Shown here: positions 1 through 8,925 of the stretch, piece after piece | Position numbering within the stretch: position 1 is the first letter of the stretch | Layout: each line of letters begins with the position of its first letter | Source of the DNA: a virus | Lineage: Duplodnaviria; Caudoviricetes | Virus record (IMG/VR): IMGVR_UViG_3300037067_015007 | Span: 1-64,000 of that record | Length of the DNA stretch: 64,000 nucleotides | Strand: one strand, 5' to 3' | Program-made: the position numbers and the translations under genes | The notes under the pieces: generated by a model | Told to the model about the DNA's origin: nothing | Databases searched by the model: none | The model's input: only the letters and a program-made list of their open reading frames with translations

Positions 1-201
1 GACGATGTACGATAAGGAAGCAGTAAAGCATGAACATGGCTAGACCCCAAGGCCTTCACGCACAGACTTGCAACAACTGCCGAATCAAGACCGCCTGATA
101 CACCTAGGATGGCATTCTTGTATCCGTTGCCGTGAACATATTTCTGAATAAAATCAACGATATTTTTTTCCACTTTCTGAACATCAATTTGTAAATTCAT
201 T

Positions 202-564
202 TTATTTCTCCTTCAATCTTTTTGCAAAGTTATATGCCTCATCGATACCTTCTTCTGTTGGCTCAAATCTTGCGAATGGTGAAATATGATTATCGCAAAA
301 GTGAGGGTCAAGAAAATTCATTTTTTTAATCTCAGAAGCCTTCACATTACGATAGACCATTACTTTCTTTCCTTCATAATTTGTGCAATCAGGATATTGA
401 ACGACCAACAAAACATTTTTTCCTACTTGGGTAATTTGTAGAATTTTGAAATTCTTTGGATTAGGATTAGGAAATTTTTCTACAATTTTCTCTACAATCC
501 TTTCTATAATTTGCGGTTGTGGCGTAGAGCACCTACAACTTGACATTCCAAATCCTAGTCCCAT
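202..564 (-). CDS. hypothetical protein
   Basis: 120-aa ORF, GAGG SD, directly follows pncB. Confidence 0.65.
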   Translation of the reverse strand: MGLGFGMSSCRCSTPQPQIIERIVEKIVEKFPNPNPKNFKILQITQVGKNVLLVVQYPDCTNYEGKKVMVYRNVKASEIKKMNFLDPHFCDNHISPFARFEPTEEGIDEAYNFAKRLKEK

Positions 565-565
565 T

Positions 566-1735
566 TTATCCTCTTTTCAAAACGCCCTTCAACATCTTCA
601 AATAATCTTCGTCCTCACACATTCCCTTGCCATTGTTGTCAGAAATCTTGGCAACGGGCTGACCGTTGCAATGCGTCATTTTGATAACGATGTTCAAAGG
701 CTCCCGCACCAAGTCATTCGTCAGGTTCGTCCCGATGCCAAATGAAACTTTGATGCGACCTTTGAAATGTTTGTAAATTTCAATAGCCCTAGGAATCGTC
801 AGGCTATCGCTGAAAACAATACTCTTGGTCATGGGGTCAATTTTGAGTTTCTCATAATGAGCAATGACCTTCTCTCCCATTTCAATAGGGTCTCCGCTGT
901 CGTGCCGAACTCCATCGAACAACTTGGCAAAATAAGAATCGAAATCCCGAAGGAATACATCGATGCCGAGTGTATCGCTCAGGGCAATACCGAGTTCACC
1001 CCTGTATTCATCGGCCCATTTCTGAAGCATAAACTTCTGACTGTTTCGAAGATTCGTCAAAGCCTGACCTGCCTGAATCCATTCGTGGGCCATTGTCCCT
1101 ATTGCTTTAACATTGTGCTTGTATGCGAAACAAACATCAGATGTTCCAACAAAATTCTGCGGCACTAAAGTGGCTAAACTTTTAACAACCGTATCATGCC
1201 ACCGCATGCCGTATCTTCGCCGTGCTCCAAATTCGCTGAATTTGAAATTCGGGTCATTCAGTTGCTTGATGATATCGATTTTATCCGACAATTTTTTGGA
1301 GCCTTCAATCAGGTCGTTGACGAGTTTATTTTCGTCCCAAAAATAAACTTCATTCACAATCGCAAGCACGGGAGTTTCAAACAAAATCGTATAAAGCCAC
1401 GGGCCGCTGATGCGAATTATCAATTCCCCATCCATCCAAGAGATATCGATATATTTTCTGTCCATTTTGAACAGACGAAGAAAATCAATGTAATCAGGCT
1501 TCAAAAAATAAATCGTTCTAAGATAAGCCAATTCATCTTCAGTAAAATATAAAGAACAAAGATGATTGACTTGTCTGCCGATTTCGTAAAACTGTTCTTT
1601 GGTAAACTTGACTCCCTTGTTACGGCATTTGAATTTGAATCGGGCATCGACCGAAGGGAACTGATGGAGCACGGCCTGATGCATCGTCAACTTGTACAAA
1701 TCCGTATCAAGCAAACTTTCAATAATAGGTTCCAT
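566..1735 (-). CDS. pncB: nicotinate phosphoribosyltransferase
   Basis: SLLDTDLYKLTMHQA, FSEFGARRR, GTMAHEW, RHDSGDP, FGIGTNLT, KISD motifs of NAPRTase. Confidence 0.95.
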   Translation of the reverse strand: MEPIIESLLDTDLYKLTMHQAVLHQFPSVDARFKFKCRNKGVKFTKEQFYEIGRQVNHLCSLYFTEDELAYLRTIYFLKPDYIDFLRLFKMDRKYIDISWMDGELIIRISGPWLYTILFETPVLAIVNEVYFWDENKLVNDLIEGSKKLSDKIDIIKQLNDPNFKFSEFGARRRYGMRWHDTVVKSLATLVPQNFVGTSDVCFAYKHNVKAIGTMAHEWIQAGQALTNLRNSQKFMLQKWADEYRGELGIALSDTLGIDVFLRDFDSYFAKLFDGVRHDSGDPIEMGEKVIAHYEKLKIDPMTKSIVFSDSLTIPRAIEIYKHFKGRIKVSFGIGTNLTNDLVREPLNIVIKMTHCNGQPVAKISDNNGKGMCEDEDYLKMLKGVLKRG

Positions 1736-1736
1736 G

Positions 1737-2372
1737 TTATTTCACCAAAAGGCCAATTGATTTTGTGCTCACTATAATGTAAACATTTTTTTCATTCAAA
1801 TAGGAGCAAACTTCAGAAATCTTGGTAGGGTCAACGGCTCTTGTTGCAGACAAATTAACAAAAACCATAAATCCTGCCTTCGCCAACTGAATCGCCGTGG
1901 TCTTGACACAATAATCAAATGCCAAGCCGCCGACAATCACAGTATCAATACCTTGACTTTTCAGGTATTCAATAACACCCGTGGACATCTTCTCTTCCAT
2001 GTCGTGATAGCAAGCACCGTAAGGATGAAGGTCAGGCTCCACACCTTTAAAAACGAAAAAGTTGTATTCCCTCACCTTCGGCAGACCGTCAAGCAGTTCG
2101 TTTCCCTTCGTGCCGACAACACAATGGGCGTTCCAATGAATGTCCACATTTGCACCACCGTTCTCCACGGGGCTGAACTGAGGATGTTCCGCATCGGCAG
2201 TCCACAAAGCCTTCGGAGGGTGGCAATCTTTTGAGCCGACACGAATGACAGCATGTTTGGCTTGGGCATTCAATTCATCCACAATTTCATCACCACCCTT
2301 GACAGGCAGTTCATCGGGGCATATCGGCGTGAAACCTTTCTGTGCATCAACGTCAAAACTTGCTATTTTCAT
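1737..2372 (-). CDS. pncA: nicotinamidase (isochorismatase family)
   Basis: DVDAQKGF, KDCH, HCVVGTKG, VFKG, GLAFDYCVKTTA catalytic motifs; start moved to MKIASF after GGAG SD. Confidence 0.9.
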   Translation of the reverse strand: MKIASFDVDAQKGFTPICPDELPVKGGDEIVDELNAQAKHAVIRVGSKDCHPPKALWTADAEHPQFSPVENGGANVDIHWNAHCVVGTKGNELLDGLPKVREYNFFVFKGVEPDLHPYGACYHDMEEKMSTGVIEYLKSQGIDTVIVGGLAFDYCVKTTAIQLAKAGFMVFVNLSATRAVDPTKISEVCSYLNEKNVYIIVSTKSIGLLVK

Positions 2373-2391
2373 TTTTATTTCTCCTTTACTT

Positions 2392-2673
2392 CTATTGTCC
2401 ATAATATTGCCATAGAACAGCATTGCATTGACAATGTACTGCGCCGATAGTCATTCCCGTTTCGTGGTCATGATGTAAATGTACGGGGGTCGCAAAAAAA
2501 TTCGGCGGGAACAAACTGATTTTTATATATTTTTTCAATATATCAATACTTGGGCCGCTTTTGAGATATTCGCCACAATGACTGCATTTCCCGCCCTGTA
2601 ATTTGATGTATTCTTCACGAACCAATCTTCTCTGTTTTGGCGAGAGTGTTGTATAATCTACAGGTAGATTCAT
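2392..2673 (-). CDS. endonuclease VII-like HNH protein
   Basis: CSHC ... LHHDHETGMTIGAVHCQCN resembles the EndoVII DHDH..G..RG.LC..CN motif. Confidence 0.65.
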   Translation of the reverse strand: MNLPVDYTTLSPKQRRLVREEYIKLQGGKCSHCGEYLKSGPSIDILKKYIKISLFPPNFFATPVHLHHDHETGMTIGAVHCQCNAVLWQYYGQ

Positions 2674-2675
2674 AC

Positions 2676-2993
2676 TTAATCCTTTTTTAATTTTCCTTTC
2701 TCCATCTTTTTAAATTCTTTATCCATCACAGGACTCATGGCATACATTCTTGCAAAAGCCATTTGTAAACCTATCCAACTTTTGACAAAACTTTCCAAGA
2801 CTATGCCGCAAGTAACCCAATCCTGACTAGAGGTAAACCCGTTACCACTTTTTTCAATGAGGGCTTTTGCGCCGAATTTCTTGGAAAACTTTTCGGCGGC
2901 TTCCTGTATCATTTTCTTCGCCAACTCTTCCAATTCTTTTCTATGCTTGTCCTCTACTGCTCTAGCGATTGAATAAATTTCATTCTTTTTCAT
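2676..2993 (-). CDS. hypothetical protein
   Basis: ORF in tightly packed operon with SD. Confidence 0.6.
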   Translation of the reverse strand: MKKNEIYSIARAVEDKHRKELEELAKKMIQEAAEKFSKKFGAKALIEKSGNGFTSSQDWVTCGIVLESFVKSWIGLQMAFARMYAMSPVMDKEFKKMEKGKLKKD

Positions 2994-3247
2994 ATTACCT
3001 TCCTTTTCAATTCTTCAATTTCCATTTCTAGTTCTTTTATACGGGCTTCGGCTTTTTCCAATAATCGGTATGGATTTCTTTCCAATTTTTCTCTATATAT
3101 CCGTTCAGATTTTTCTTCTCTTAGTTTTTGTGTTTCAGGATGATGTTGTTTACAATAACCATCTTTCCATTCAAAACGATGGCATCTATGTCCGTGAAAT
3201 GAACCGTATCGTTCTTTGGGATATACCGTTGCTTTACATTTTTCCAT
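2990..3247 (-). CDS. hypothetical protein (Cys/His, coiled-coil C-terminus)
   Basis: ORF, ATGA overlap with next gene. Confidence 0.6.
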   Translation of the reverse strand: MEKCKATVYPKERYGSFHGHRCHRFEWKDGYCKQHHPETQKLREEKSERIYREKLERNPYRLLEKAEARIKELEMEIEELKRKVI

Positions 3248-3249
3248 TT

Positions 3250-3495
3250 TTATTCCTCTTTAGAAATCATTTTTGAAATTGGTTTTGGTTTAGGCCAAGC
3301 AGAACTCAACTGCTCTTTGGTAGGTAAATCAAATCCATATTCTCTAGGGTCAGCATTAAATTCTTGTGCCCTATTTCTACTACCTAAATTATAAATATCC
3401 TGACTTGGAAAAGATTTCCAAAACAGAGTGAATCTGCATTTGTTGTCTTTGTCAGGCATCGAGTGATACTCAATTGTCATTTTTATCTTTTTCAT
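3250..3495 (-). CDS. hypothetical protein
   Basis: ORF immediately downstream of consensus sigma70 promoter, GAGG SD. Confidence 0.6.
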   Translation of the reverse strand: MKKIKMTIEYHSMPDKDNKCRFTLFWKSFPSQDIYNLGSRNRAQEFNADPREYGFDLPTKEQLSSAWPKPKPISKMISKEE

Positions 3496-3510
3496 TCTTC
3501 CTCAAAAAAC

Positions 3511-3539
3511 ATTATATCACAAACTTTTCAGTTTGTCAA
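3511..3539 (-). promoter_or_regulatory. sigma70-type early promoter
   Basis: minus strand TTGACA-17 nt-TATAAT with extended TG. Confidence 0.85.
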
Positions 3540-3629
3540 TACTTTTTCTTTTTGTAAGTTTTTTTATTCCATAGACTATGGAACCGATGATAATTGTAAC
3601 TACCCATCCAAAAATCAATTCTCTAAATG

Positions 3630-4166
3630 TCATTTTAATAAACCCATCCACCACGAGTATTCGGGACAAGTCTCTTTCCAATTATACCAAACAGAAAGAT
3701 AATCTCTAACAATACCTGATAAGTATTTAGGATAAGGGAAATGAGCGAAATCATGAAATGAAACAATCAGTTGGTCTGCGGGTGGTTCTTTAAGTGAAAA
3801 GAGTAAAGGATATTCAGCACCTTCAATATTCATTTTCAATATGCTCGGCAAAGGAAATTCATCCAATACGGATTCAAGAGATACTGATTCTATTTCCTTT
3901 CCCTGACTATTGAAAGTCGGCATGACTGTTGAATCAACTTCATTAAAACCTCTCACGCTAAACTTGTTGGCAAAAGGCATAACTGCGACTCGCCTCAGCT
4001 CGGCTCCTTGTGGTTGATTAATTTCATTCAAATCGAAACCGATTACTTTTTTCTTATCAAAAAAATATGAACTCCAATCCCAACTGTAGCATCCCAAATC
4101 CAAAATTACGCCTGGGTGTCCGAAGCACCTGTCGTCAAATTGAAACCAATTGTCTCTTAATATCAT
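3630..4166 (-). CDS. FkbM-family methyltransferase-like protein
   Basis: VILDLGC SAM-binding loop and LKMNIEGAEY motif. Confidence 0.65.
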   Translation of the reverse strand: MILRDNWFQFDDRCFGHPGVILDLGCYSWDWSSYFFDKKKVIGFDLNEINQPQGAELRRVAVMPFANKFSVRGFNEVDSTVMPTFNSQGKEIESVSLESVLDEFPLPSILKMNIEGAEYPLLFSLKEPPADQLIVSFHDFAHFPYPKYLSGIVRDYLSVWYNWKETCPEYSWWMGLLK

Positions 4167-4615
4167 GTTTTAATTTCAGGTTTCAAATATAAATGAATAC
4201 ACTTTGAATCCATTTCTAAAAATATTCTTGTACCTTTACGAAACCCCGACTTGCGATTTTGTGTCCAATTGTTAAATGCCCGATTGATTACATTCATCAA
4301 TGAAATGGAAAATTCAAGAACTTCACTTTCATGAAAAAATATCTGAAGGTCATTCATATCTATTCCCAACAGAGTATTGATGAAGTCATAAATATCGGAA
4401 TATGAAAACAGTTCTCTTTTGGAAGTGTCTATTTTCCGATTGATGAACAAATCCTGATACACTTCCTCAAACTGCTCACCAACTAAAGTCTTGATATTGT
4501 CAATACCAAATAAATTTTCCAATACAAGTTCGCTGTCGCCTAAATTAATTTGACGTTTTGTCCGTGCATAAAAAGCACGTAACTGAGTACCTAGTTCTTC
4601 TTTACTCATTAACAA
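4163..4615 (-). CDS. hypothetical protein
   Basis: 150-aa ORF overlapping neighbours. Confidence 0.6.
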   Translation of the reverse strand: MLMSKEELGTQLRAFYARTKRQINLGDSELVLENLFGIDNIKTLVGEQFEEVYQDLFINRKIDTSKRELFSYSDIYDFINTLLGIDMNDLQIFFHESEVLEFSISLMNVINRAFNNWTQNRKSGFRKGTRIFLEMDSKCIHLYLKPEIKT

Positions 4616-4800
4616 CCATGCCCATATGCTCTTGCAGAAGTATCTTCTGTACGTTCATCATCAAGTATGAGTTCCGCATCTGTACGAAGTTCCTGTAAAA
4701 GCCCTATTGCTTTTGTGGTATCATCATAACCTTCTCTTTTTGCTTGCATGAGAACCTGTCGAATAGTGTCAATTTTATCAAAAAATTCTTGTTTTTTCAT
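4609..4800 (-). CDS. hypothetical protein
   Basis: 63-aa ORF with GGAG SD. Confidence 0.55.
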   Translation of the reverse strand: MKKQEFFDKIDTIRQVLMQAKREGYDDTTKAIGLLQELRTDAELILDDERTEDTSARAYGHGC

Positions 4801-4899
4801 TTTCTTCTCCTTTTCGTTTTGATTTACGAGCCACTATCAATGTAACGATTATCCCCACTAATCCAACAACAAAACAAATATTCATTATGGTTTCAGTAA

Positions 4900-5121
4900 T
4901 CATTTTTTGATTTTTAGATAAATACGCATCAATTTCCAAAATTCTTTAATTTCCATACGATGTTGTTCTTCAAGAGTTTTCAATAATCGCTCAACTGTGG
5001 AATTACCATGTAACTTGTCTGTTATCGAAAGATAACAAGGGCGGCATAAATTGCCGACAAAGGTTCCTGCATCACTTTTATTGGTACAAGTAGGAATCAA
5101 GCAAGTTTTTACTTTTTTCAT
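4900..5121 (-). CDS. hypothetical Cys-rich protein
   Basis: 73-aa ORF, CxxxxC...CxxC. Confidence 0.55.
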   Translation of the reverse strand: MKKVKTCLIPTCTNKSDAGTFVGNLCRPCYLSITDKLHGNSTVERLLKTLEEQHRMEIKEFWKLMRIYLKIKK

Positions 5122-5291
5122 TTTATATCTCTTTCAAAATCCTTACAATCATGATTTCTATTTTTTTCATAAGTTTTTCTCATGATGAAGCGTTTTTTCT
5201 TTTTAATAATAACCTTTTCTATCAATCGACACAAATTTTCACACCTAAGAAAATATTTACAATATTGACAATATATAGGTTCCTTGTTCAT
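5118..5291 (-). CDS. small Cys-rich hypothetical protein (57 aa, not in ORF track)
   Basis: MNKEPIYCQYCKYFLRCENLC...NRNHDCKDFERDIK; ATGA overlaps at both ends. Confidence 0.5.
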   Translation of the reverse strand: MNKEPIYCQYCKYFLRCENLCRLIEKVIIKKKKRFIMRKTYEKNRNHDCKDFERDIK

Positions 5292-5620
5292 TTCTCACAA
5301 ACCTTCACCAAGAATATACGTTTGGAAAAGCCGCCTCGTTCAGTCAACTTCTTTTGTCGTATGGCTTCGATTTCCGAAAAGGGTATATTCCTGATTCTAC
5401 ATAACTCCATCAGGACTTCCAAGATGTCAGCAAGTTCTTCAGGGTTTTTACTTTCCAAGTATTCCCCTGATTCTTCTTGAAGTTTCAGGATTACTTCATT
5501 CTCATAATCCTGTTCAGGCAAGATATAAAAATCACCTTCTTGGTCGTTGGCTGATATCAATTCAGGAATCTTATCTCGTACCAATTTGTTGTAAATTCTG
5601 TATTCTTTTTCTTTATCCAT
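5288..5620 (-). CDS. MazG-like nucleoside triphosphate pyrophosphohydrolase (PRA-PH family)
   Basis: YNKLVRDKIPELI, KLQEE..EY, EELADILEV motifs. Confidence 0.8.
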   Translation of the reverse strand: MDKEKEYRIYNKLVRDKIPELISANDQEGDFYILPEQDYENEVILKLQEESGEYLESKNPEELADILEVLMELCRIRNIPFSEIEAIRQKKLTERGGFSKRIFLVKVCEK

Positions 5621-5630
5621 GTTGTTTTCC

Positions 5631-5651
5631 TCTACCTAAATTATACCACAC
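5631..5651 (-). promoter_or_regulatory. extended -10 early promoter (TGTGGTATAAT-N-TAGGTAG class)
   Basis: gtgtggtataatttaggtag; related motif at 10434, 12930, 24947. Confidence 0.65.
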
Positions 5652-5666
5652 CTTGTTATGAAAAAT

Positions 5667-5674
5667 AATAAATA
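5667..5674 (+). promoter_or_regulatory. late-promoter-like AATAAATA motif
   Basis: T4 TATAAATA-like motif about 20 nt upstream of the ATG; recurs before structural genes. Confidence 0.5.
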
Positions 5675-5693
5675 AGAATAGAGGTAATACACA

Positions 5694-6479
5694 ATGATAG
5701 AAAAGCATCGCTTATATGAGCAACAATATTTACATAACATCGTAACGTCAGATTTGGCGTGGCATACATTGAATTATGGCTCCATAGCATGCCGTGCAAG
5801 TGGAAACTTTGACCCTACATGGATTGTTAACCCAGGTTGGTTAGAAGTCCTTCCTTGGAGAAAGGCTGTTTATTTGAAAAACCAAGGCGACACCAATGAT
5901 AATTCCACAGACCTTTCACTTGAAGTGTATTTCAACAACTATACAATCAATAAATTCAAATCCGTAGGTTGTGCAACTCCTGCACTTGCCACTACAACTA
6001 CTCATGGATTAGGTTATAACCCAACATCAGGATTATTTGTTCTCAATACGGGCGGCACGTTCACACCTGTTACGGGAAGAACTCCTAATCGCATGTATTT
6101 GGAACTGATGCCGTTTGGCCCACAAGATTCCAATATGTCTGACCATGCTTATCTATCAGCAGTATGCACGGATGTTACTCTCATAGGCGGTAATGTTTAC
6201 AGTTTTGATATTGCTACTTTGGCCTTGCCATACACGGGTCCAGAGCAAGTGAAGCAAATGATAATCAGCAACCTGACTATTCCTAGAGCAAACAATGTAA
6301 GTTTTCATGCTCCTACATTTTATCAATACGAAGCAGTTACTCCTACAACTGAAAGAGGACTTATTTTAGATTTGGGTGAAACTTATTTTGCTGAATTGAC
6401 ATATGATATTTGCATTTGGTATCGTGCTATAGCAACAGCAGATATTGGGGCAACCTTAGTTCTTCAGCAATTGAGGTAA
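5694..6479 (+). CDS. hypothetical, probably virion-associated protein
   Basis: 261-aa Thr/Asn-rich ORF behind a late-type motif. Confidence 0.6.
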   Translation: MIEKHRLYEQQYLHNIVTSDLAWHTLNYGSIACRASGNFDPTWIVNPGWLEVLPWRKAVYLKNQGDTNDNSTDLSLEVYFNNYTINKFKSVGCATPALATTTTHGLGYNPTSGLFVLNTGGTFTPVTGRTPNRMYLELMPFGPQDSNMSDHAYLSAVCTDVTLIGGNVYSFDIATLALPYTGPEQVKQMIISNLTIPRANNVSFHAPTFYQYEAVTPTTERGLILDLGETYFAELTYDICIWYRAIATADIGATLVLQQLR

Positions 6480-6480
6480 C

Positions 6481-6771
6481 ATGAAATTTAGAATGATGGA
6501 AAATGTCGGGCCTGTAGAATGGTGGGATAAAAACCTCGGTGTTTTAGAACAGTTAAAAATGGCAATAGCAAAATCAAACTTCAGGCAACTATGGAAAGAA
6601 AATGATAAAGAAGGTTTGTTTGAACTTTGTAATAAAATAAGAGAAAAAACAGGTGCGCCGCCGTATAGTTATGAAAAGTTTGATGATGGATGGCAATATA
6701 GAAGAGTTCTAGCAGATAAATTAAAAGATGCAAAAAACGAATTCTTAAATCTTGTTTTTGGATGGTGGTAA
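6481..6771 (+). CDS. hypothetical protein
   Basis: 96-aa ORF, operonic. Confidence 0.6.
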   Translation: MKFRMMENVGPVEWWDKNLGVLEQLKMAIAKSNFRQLWKENDKEGLFELCNKIREKTGAPPYSYEKFDDGWQYRRVLADKLKDAKNEFLNLVFGWW

Positions 6772-6772
6772 T

Positions 6773-7192
6773 ATGATACTTTCAGAAGGCGTAATTATTG
6801 CAACATTATTTACAATGGCTTTCACCACATTCATGCGGTGGTTGAAAGATAAGGTTATCAAAAATCCAAAAATCAAACTTTATATTCCAAACGGATTTTT
6901 ACTTTCACTTATTTTTGGGTTGGCTTCCATACCTATCCTGATTCATTTCAATCTTTTAGGTGAACTGAAAGAACCTCTTTGGGAATTTCTAGGAGCCTGG
7001 ATTGTGATTGTCGGTTTATCAGGTGGTGGAAAGATTGCAGGTCAGCGATTGCTTGTTTTTGTGAAAGCCCTGCTCTCGGACAAACAGACCCAAATTGCTC
7101 AGGCTGAAGAAGAACTGAAAACTCTTAAAAATCAGGTTAAGGATAAAAAGGAAAAACTTAACTACTTGACCGAAAGAGAAAATCTCAAATAA
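6773..7192 (+). CDS. membrane protein, possible holin
   Basis: three hydrophobic segments plus charged coiled-coil C-terminus. Confidence 0.5.
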   Translation: MILSEGVIIATLFTMAFTTFMRWLKDKVIKNPKIKLYIPNGFLLSLIFGLASIPILIHFNLLGELKEPLWEFLGAWIVIVGLSGGGKIAGQRLLVFVKALLSDKQTQIAQAEEELKTLKNQVKDKKEKLNYLTERENLK

Positions 7193-7496
7193 CAAAGGGC
7201 TTCAGCAGTTTATCTCCAATCGATTTGAGCCGTTCATCGGTATAGGAATTGTCCTTGAAATTCTTGATGATGGGCTTGTCGATTTTGGCAACACGGCCCT
7301 CATAAACATTGTAATATAAATCACCGTTGTTCCTGATGTAGTAGAAAATGGTAATTTTCTCATTCTTCTTGAACATGATGAATCGACCGATTTCATCGTA
7401 TTCAAGTTTCGGGCGATAGTTGGGATTCTTGTAGAGAAAGTAATGATAAAGTTTCCCGATGTTGGAATCACCAAGTTTGAATTTAAAAACTCTCAT
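7185..7496 (-). CDS. hypothetical protein
   Basis: 103-aa ORF with GGAG SD. Confidence 0.6.
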   Translation of the reverse strand: MRVFKFKLGDSNIGKLYHYFLYKNPNYRPKLEYDEIGRFIMFKKNEKITIFYYIRNNGDLYYNVYEGRVAKIDKPIIKNFKDNSYTDERLKSIGDKLLKPFVI

Positions 7497-7666
7497 TTTT
7501 TCTCTCCTATTTTTATCAAGAAAATTTTTTTACGAAGCGGACAAGCATAGGGTAAATTGTCTTTTGTAAAAAGATAAAGTTCGGGGTCGAACCCACAATA
7601 GTTTCTTTCACCTGCTACGCAATCCATACATTTAGTAACGATTTTTTCTTCAGTTTTTATTTTCAT
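7493..7666 (-). CDS. small Cys-rich hypothetical protein
   Basis: start moved to MKIKTEE; CxxC...C...CPL. Confidence 0.5.
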   Translation of the reverse strand: MKIKTEEKIVTKCMDCVAGERNYCGFDPELYLFTKDNLPYACPLRKKIFLIKIGEKK

Positions 7667-7844
7667 TTTTCTTCCTTTTCTTTTTCCCAAATGATAATTT
7701 CCATAAATGAGCAAATGCTTTTCTAACCTCTTTATCTTTATGAATCGGTTGGACACTAGCAAGTTCTTTCATTATTTCATTGGCTATATCCCTTGAATTT
7801 AACACAGGGATGCCATTTTTATCTTTGTAAATGAAAACGCTCAT
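7650..7844 (-). CDS. hypothetical protein
   Basis: 64-aa ORF, ATGA overlap. Confidence 0.5.
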   Translation of the reverse strand: MSVFIYKDKNGIPVLNSRDIANEIMKELASVQPIHKDKEVRKAFAHLWKLSFGKKKRKKNENKN

Positions 7845-8257
7845 TTGTTAAACCACATAACATGCGTAAAGCGGTTGTCGAAGAAGCCACAATGAAGCAT
7901 GGGAATAATGATTTCAATATTCGATTGAGAATCCTTGAAGGCATAATAGCCTGAGCCATCATCAGAAACAAATAGGCCATCATCAATCGCCTGAAGGAAT
8001 TCTTCCTTTGTGAACAGTTCTCCGTACTCAGACAAGGGCTTCAGTTCAACATCAAGCAATCGGTTCAAAACCTCTTGAAATGAGGTCGCTACGGCTCTCA
8101 AATACGTTGCCCTCATATTATCCTTGTCTTTATAAAGGGCATCGTAAAATTGATTCCAAATTTTAGTGATATCCCGTTTCAGTTTGGCAATGACATATTC
8201 CTTTGGTTGAACTTTTACCTTATTCATTTTTATCTCCTGTATTCCAATCCTCTTCAT
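7841..8257 (-). CDS. hypothetical protein
   Basis: 138-aa ORF ending FTHVMWFNK. Confidence 0.6.
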   Translation of the reverse strand: MKRIGIQEIKMNKVKVQPKEYVIAKLKRDITKIWNQFYDALYKDKDNMRATYLRAVATSFQEVLNRLLDVELKPLSEYGELFTKEEFLQAIDDGLFVSDDGSGYYAFKDSQSNIEIIIPMLHCGFFDNRFTHVMWFNK

Positions 8258-8564
8258 CTTCCCTGCGGAAAGTGCTTTGACGATAGACGTTCAACTGCTT
8301 GGCGAAGGATTCCCGAAAAGCAGTATCCGTTTTATAACCTAGGTACTTCAAAATACTCTGCCGATTGCTTTCAGGTATAGCATAAAAAATCTTGATGTAA
8401 TCCTTCGGCGGCTTTTTGGTATGCTGTAGAATATAACGGTAAACCTCAAAATCGATTTGGGTCTCCGAATAATGGTGAGCACGTTGAAGCGTTCCTTTCA
8501 ATTTTTTATAAAACGCTTCTAGAATTTTTCGCTCACCCTTTTTAAACTTCATTGGGTTTTTCAT
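8220..8564 (-). CDS. hypothetical protein
   Basis: 114-aa ORF. Confidence 0.55.
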   Translation of the reverse strand: MKNPMKFKKGERKILEAFYKKLKGTLQRAHHYSETQIDFEVYRYILQHTKKPPKDYIKIFYAIPESNRQSILKYLGYKTDTAFRESFAKQLNVYRQSTFRREDEEDWNTGDKNE

Positions 8565-8925
8565 GTTTAAACTTCCTTGTTTTGAATTTCAGCGACTCCA
8601 CTTTAAGATAATAAGGTACGGGCCGACCATGTAGAATAAGCCATAATCTGAATTTACGCTTCCATCTTTTTTCTAGCCTGTTAAATTTTCTCCATTTTAT
8701 GATTCCAAAAATAATGGAAATTATAGAGATTGTTAAAACTATTCCTAGCCTTAAATTACTGTACGGACGAAGTGTTGCCTTACTTCCTGCATAGAAAGCA
8801 ATGAGGGAGCCTTCGATGAGAATGGAAGGTATAAGGATAAGACCTAAAAACACTAGGTTCTTTTTATCAGGATAATGATTGGGTTCCACGCCGCCAATCA
8901 TAGCATCTTTTTCGTCTTGTGTCAA
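8542..8925 (-). CDS. hypothetical membrane protein
   Basis: two hydrophobic helices followed by basic tail. Confidence 0.55.
   Translation of the reverse strand: MTQDEKDAMIGGVEPNHYPDKKNLVFLGLILIPSILIEGSLIAFYAGSKATLRPYSNLRLGIVLTISIISIIFGIIKWRKFNRLEKRWKRKFRLWLILHGRPVPYYLKVESLKFKTRKFKHEKPNEV

Noticed and set aside
446-2450. Plus-strand ORFs antisense to pncB/pncA, and similar antisense ORFs elsewhere such as 34461-34940 and 36694-37140
   Set aside because: They are shadows of real genes on the opposite strand, lack SD motifs and have no recognisable motifs
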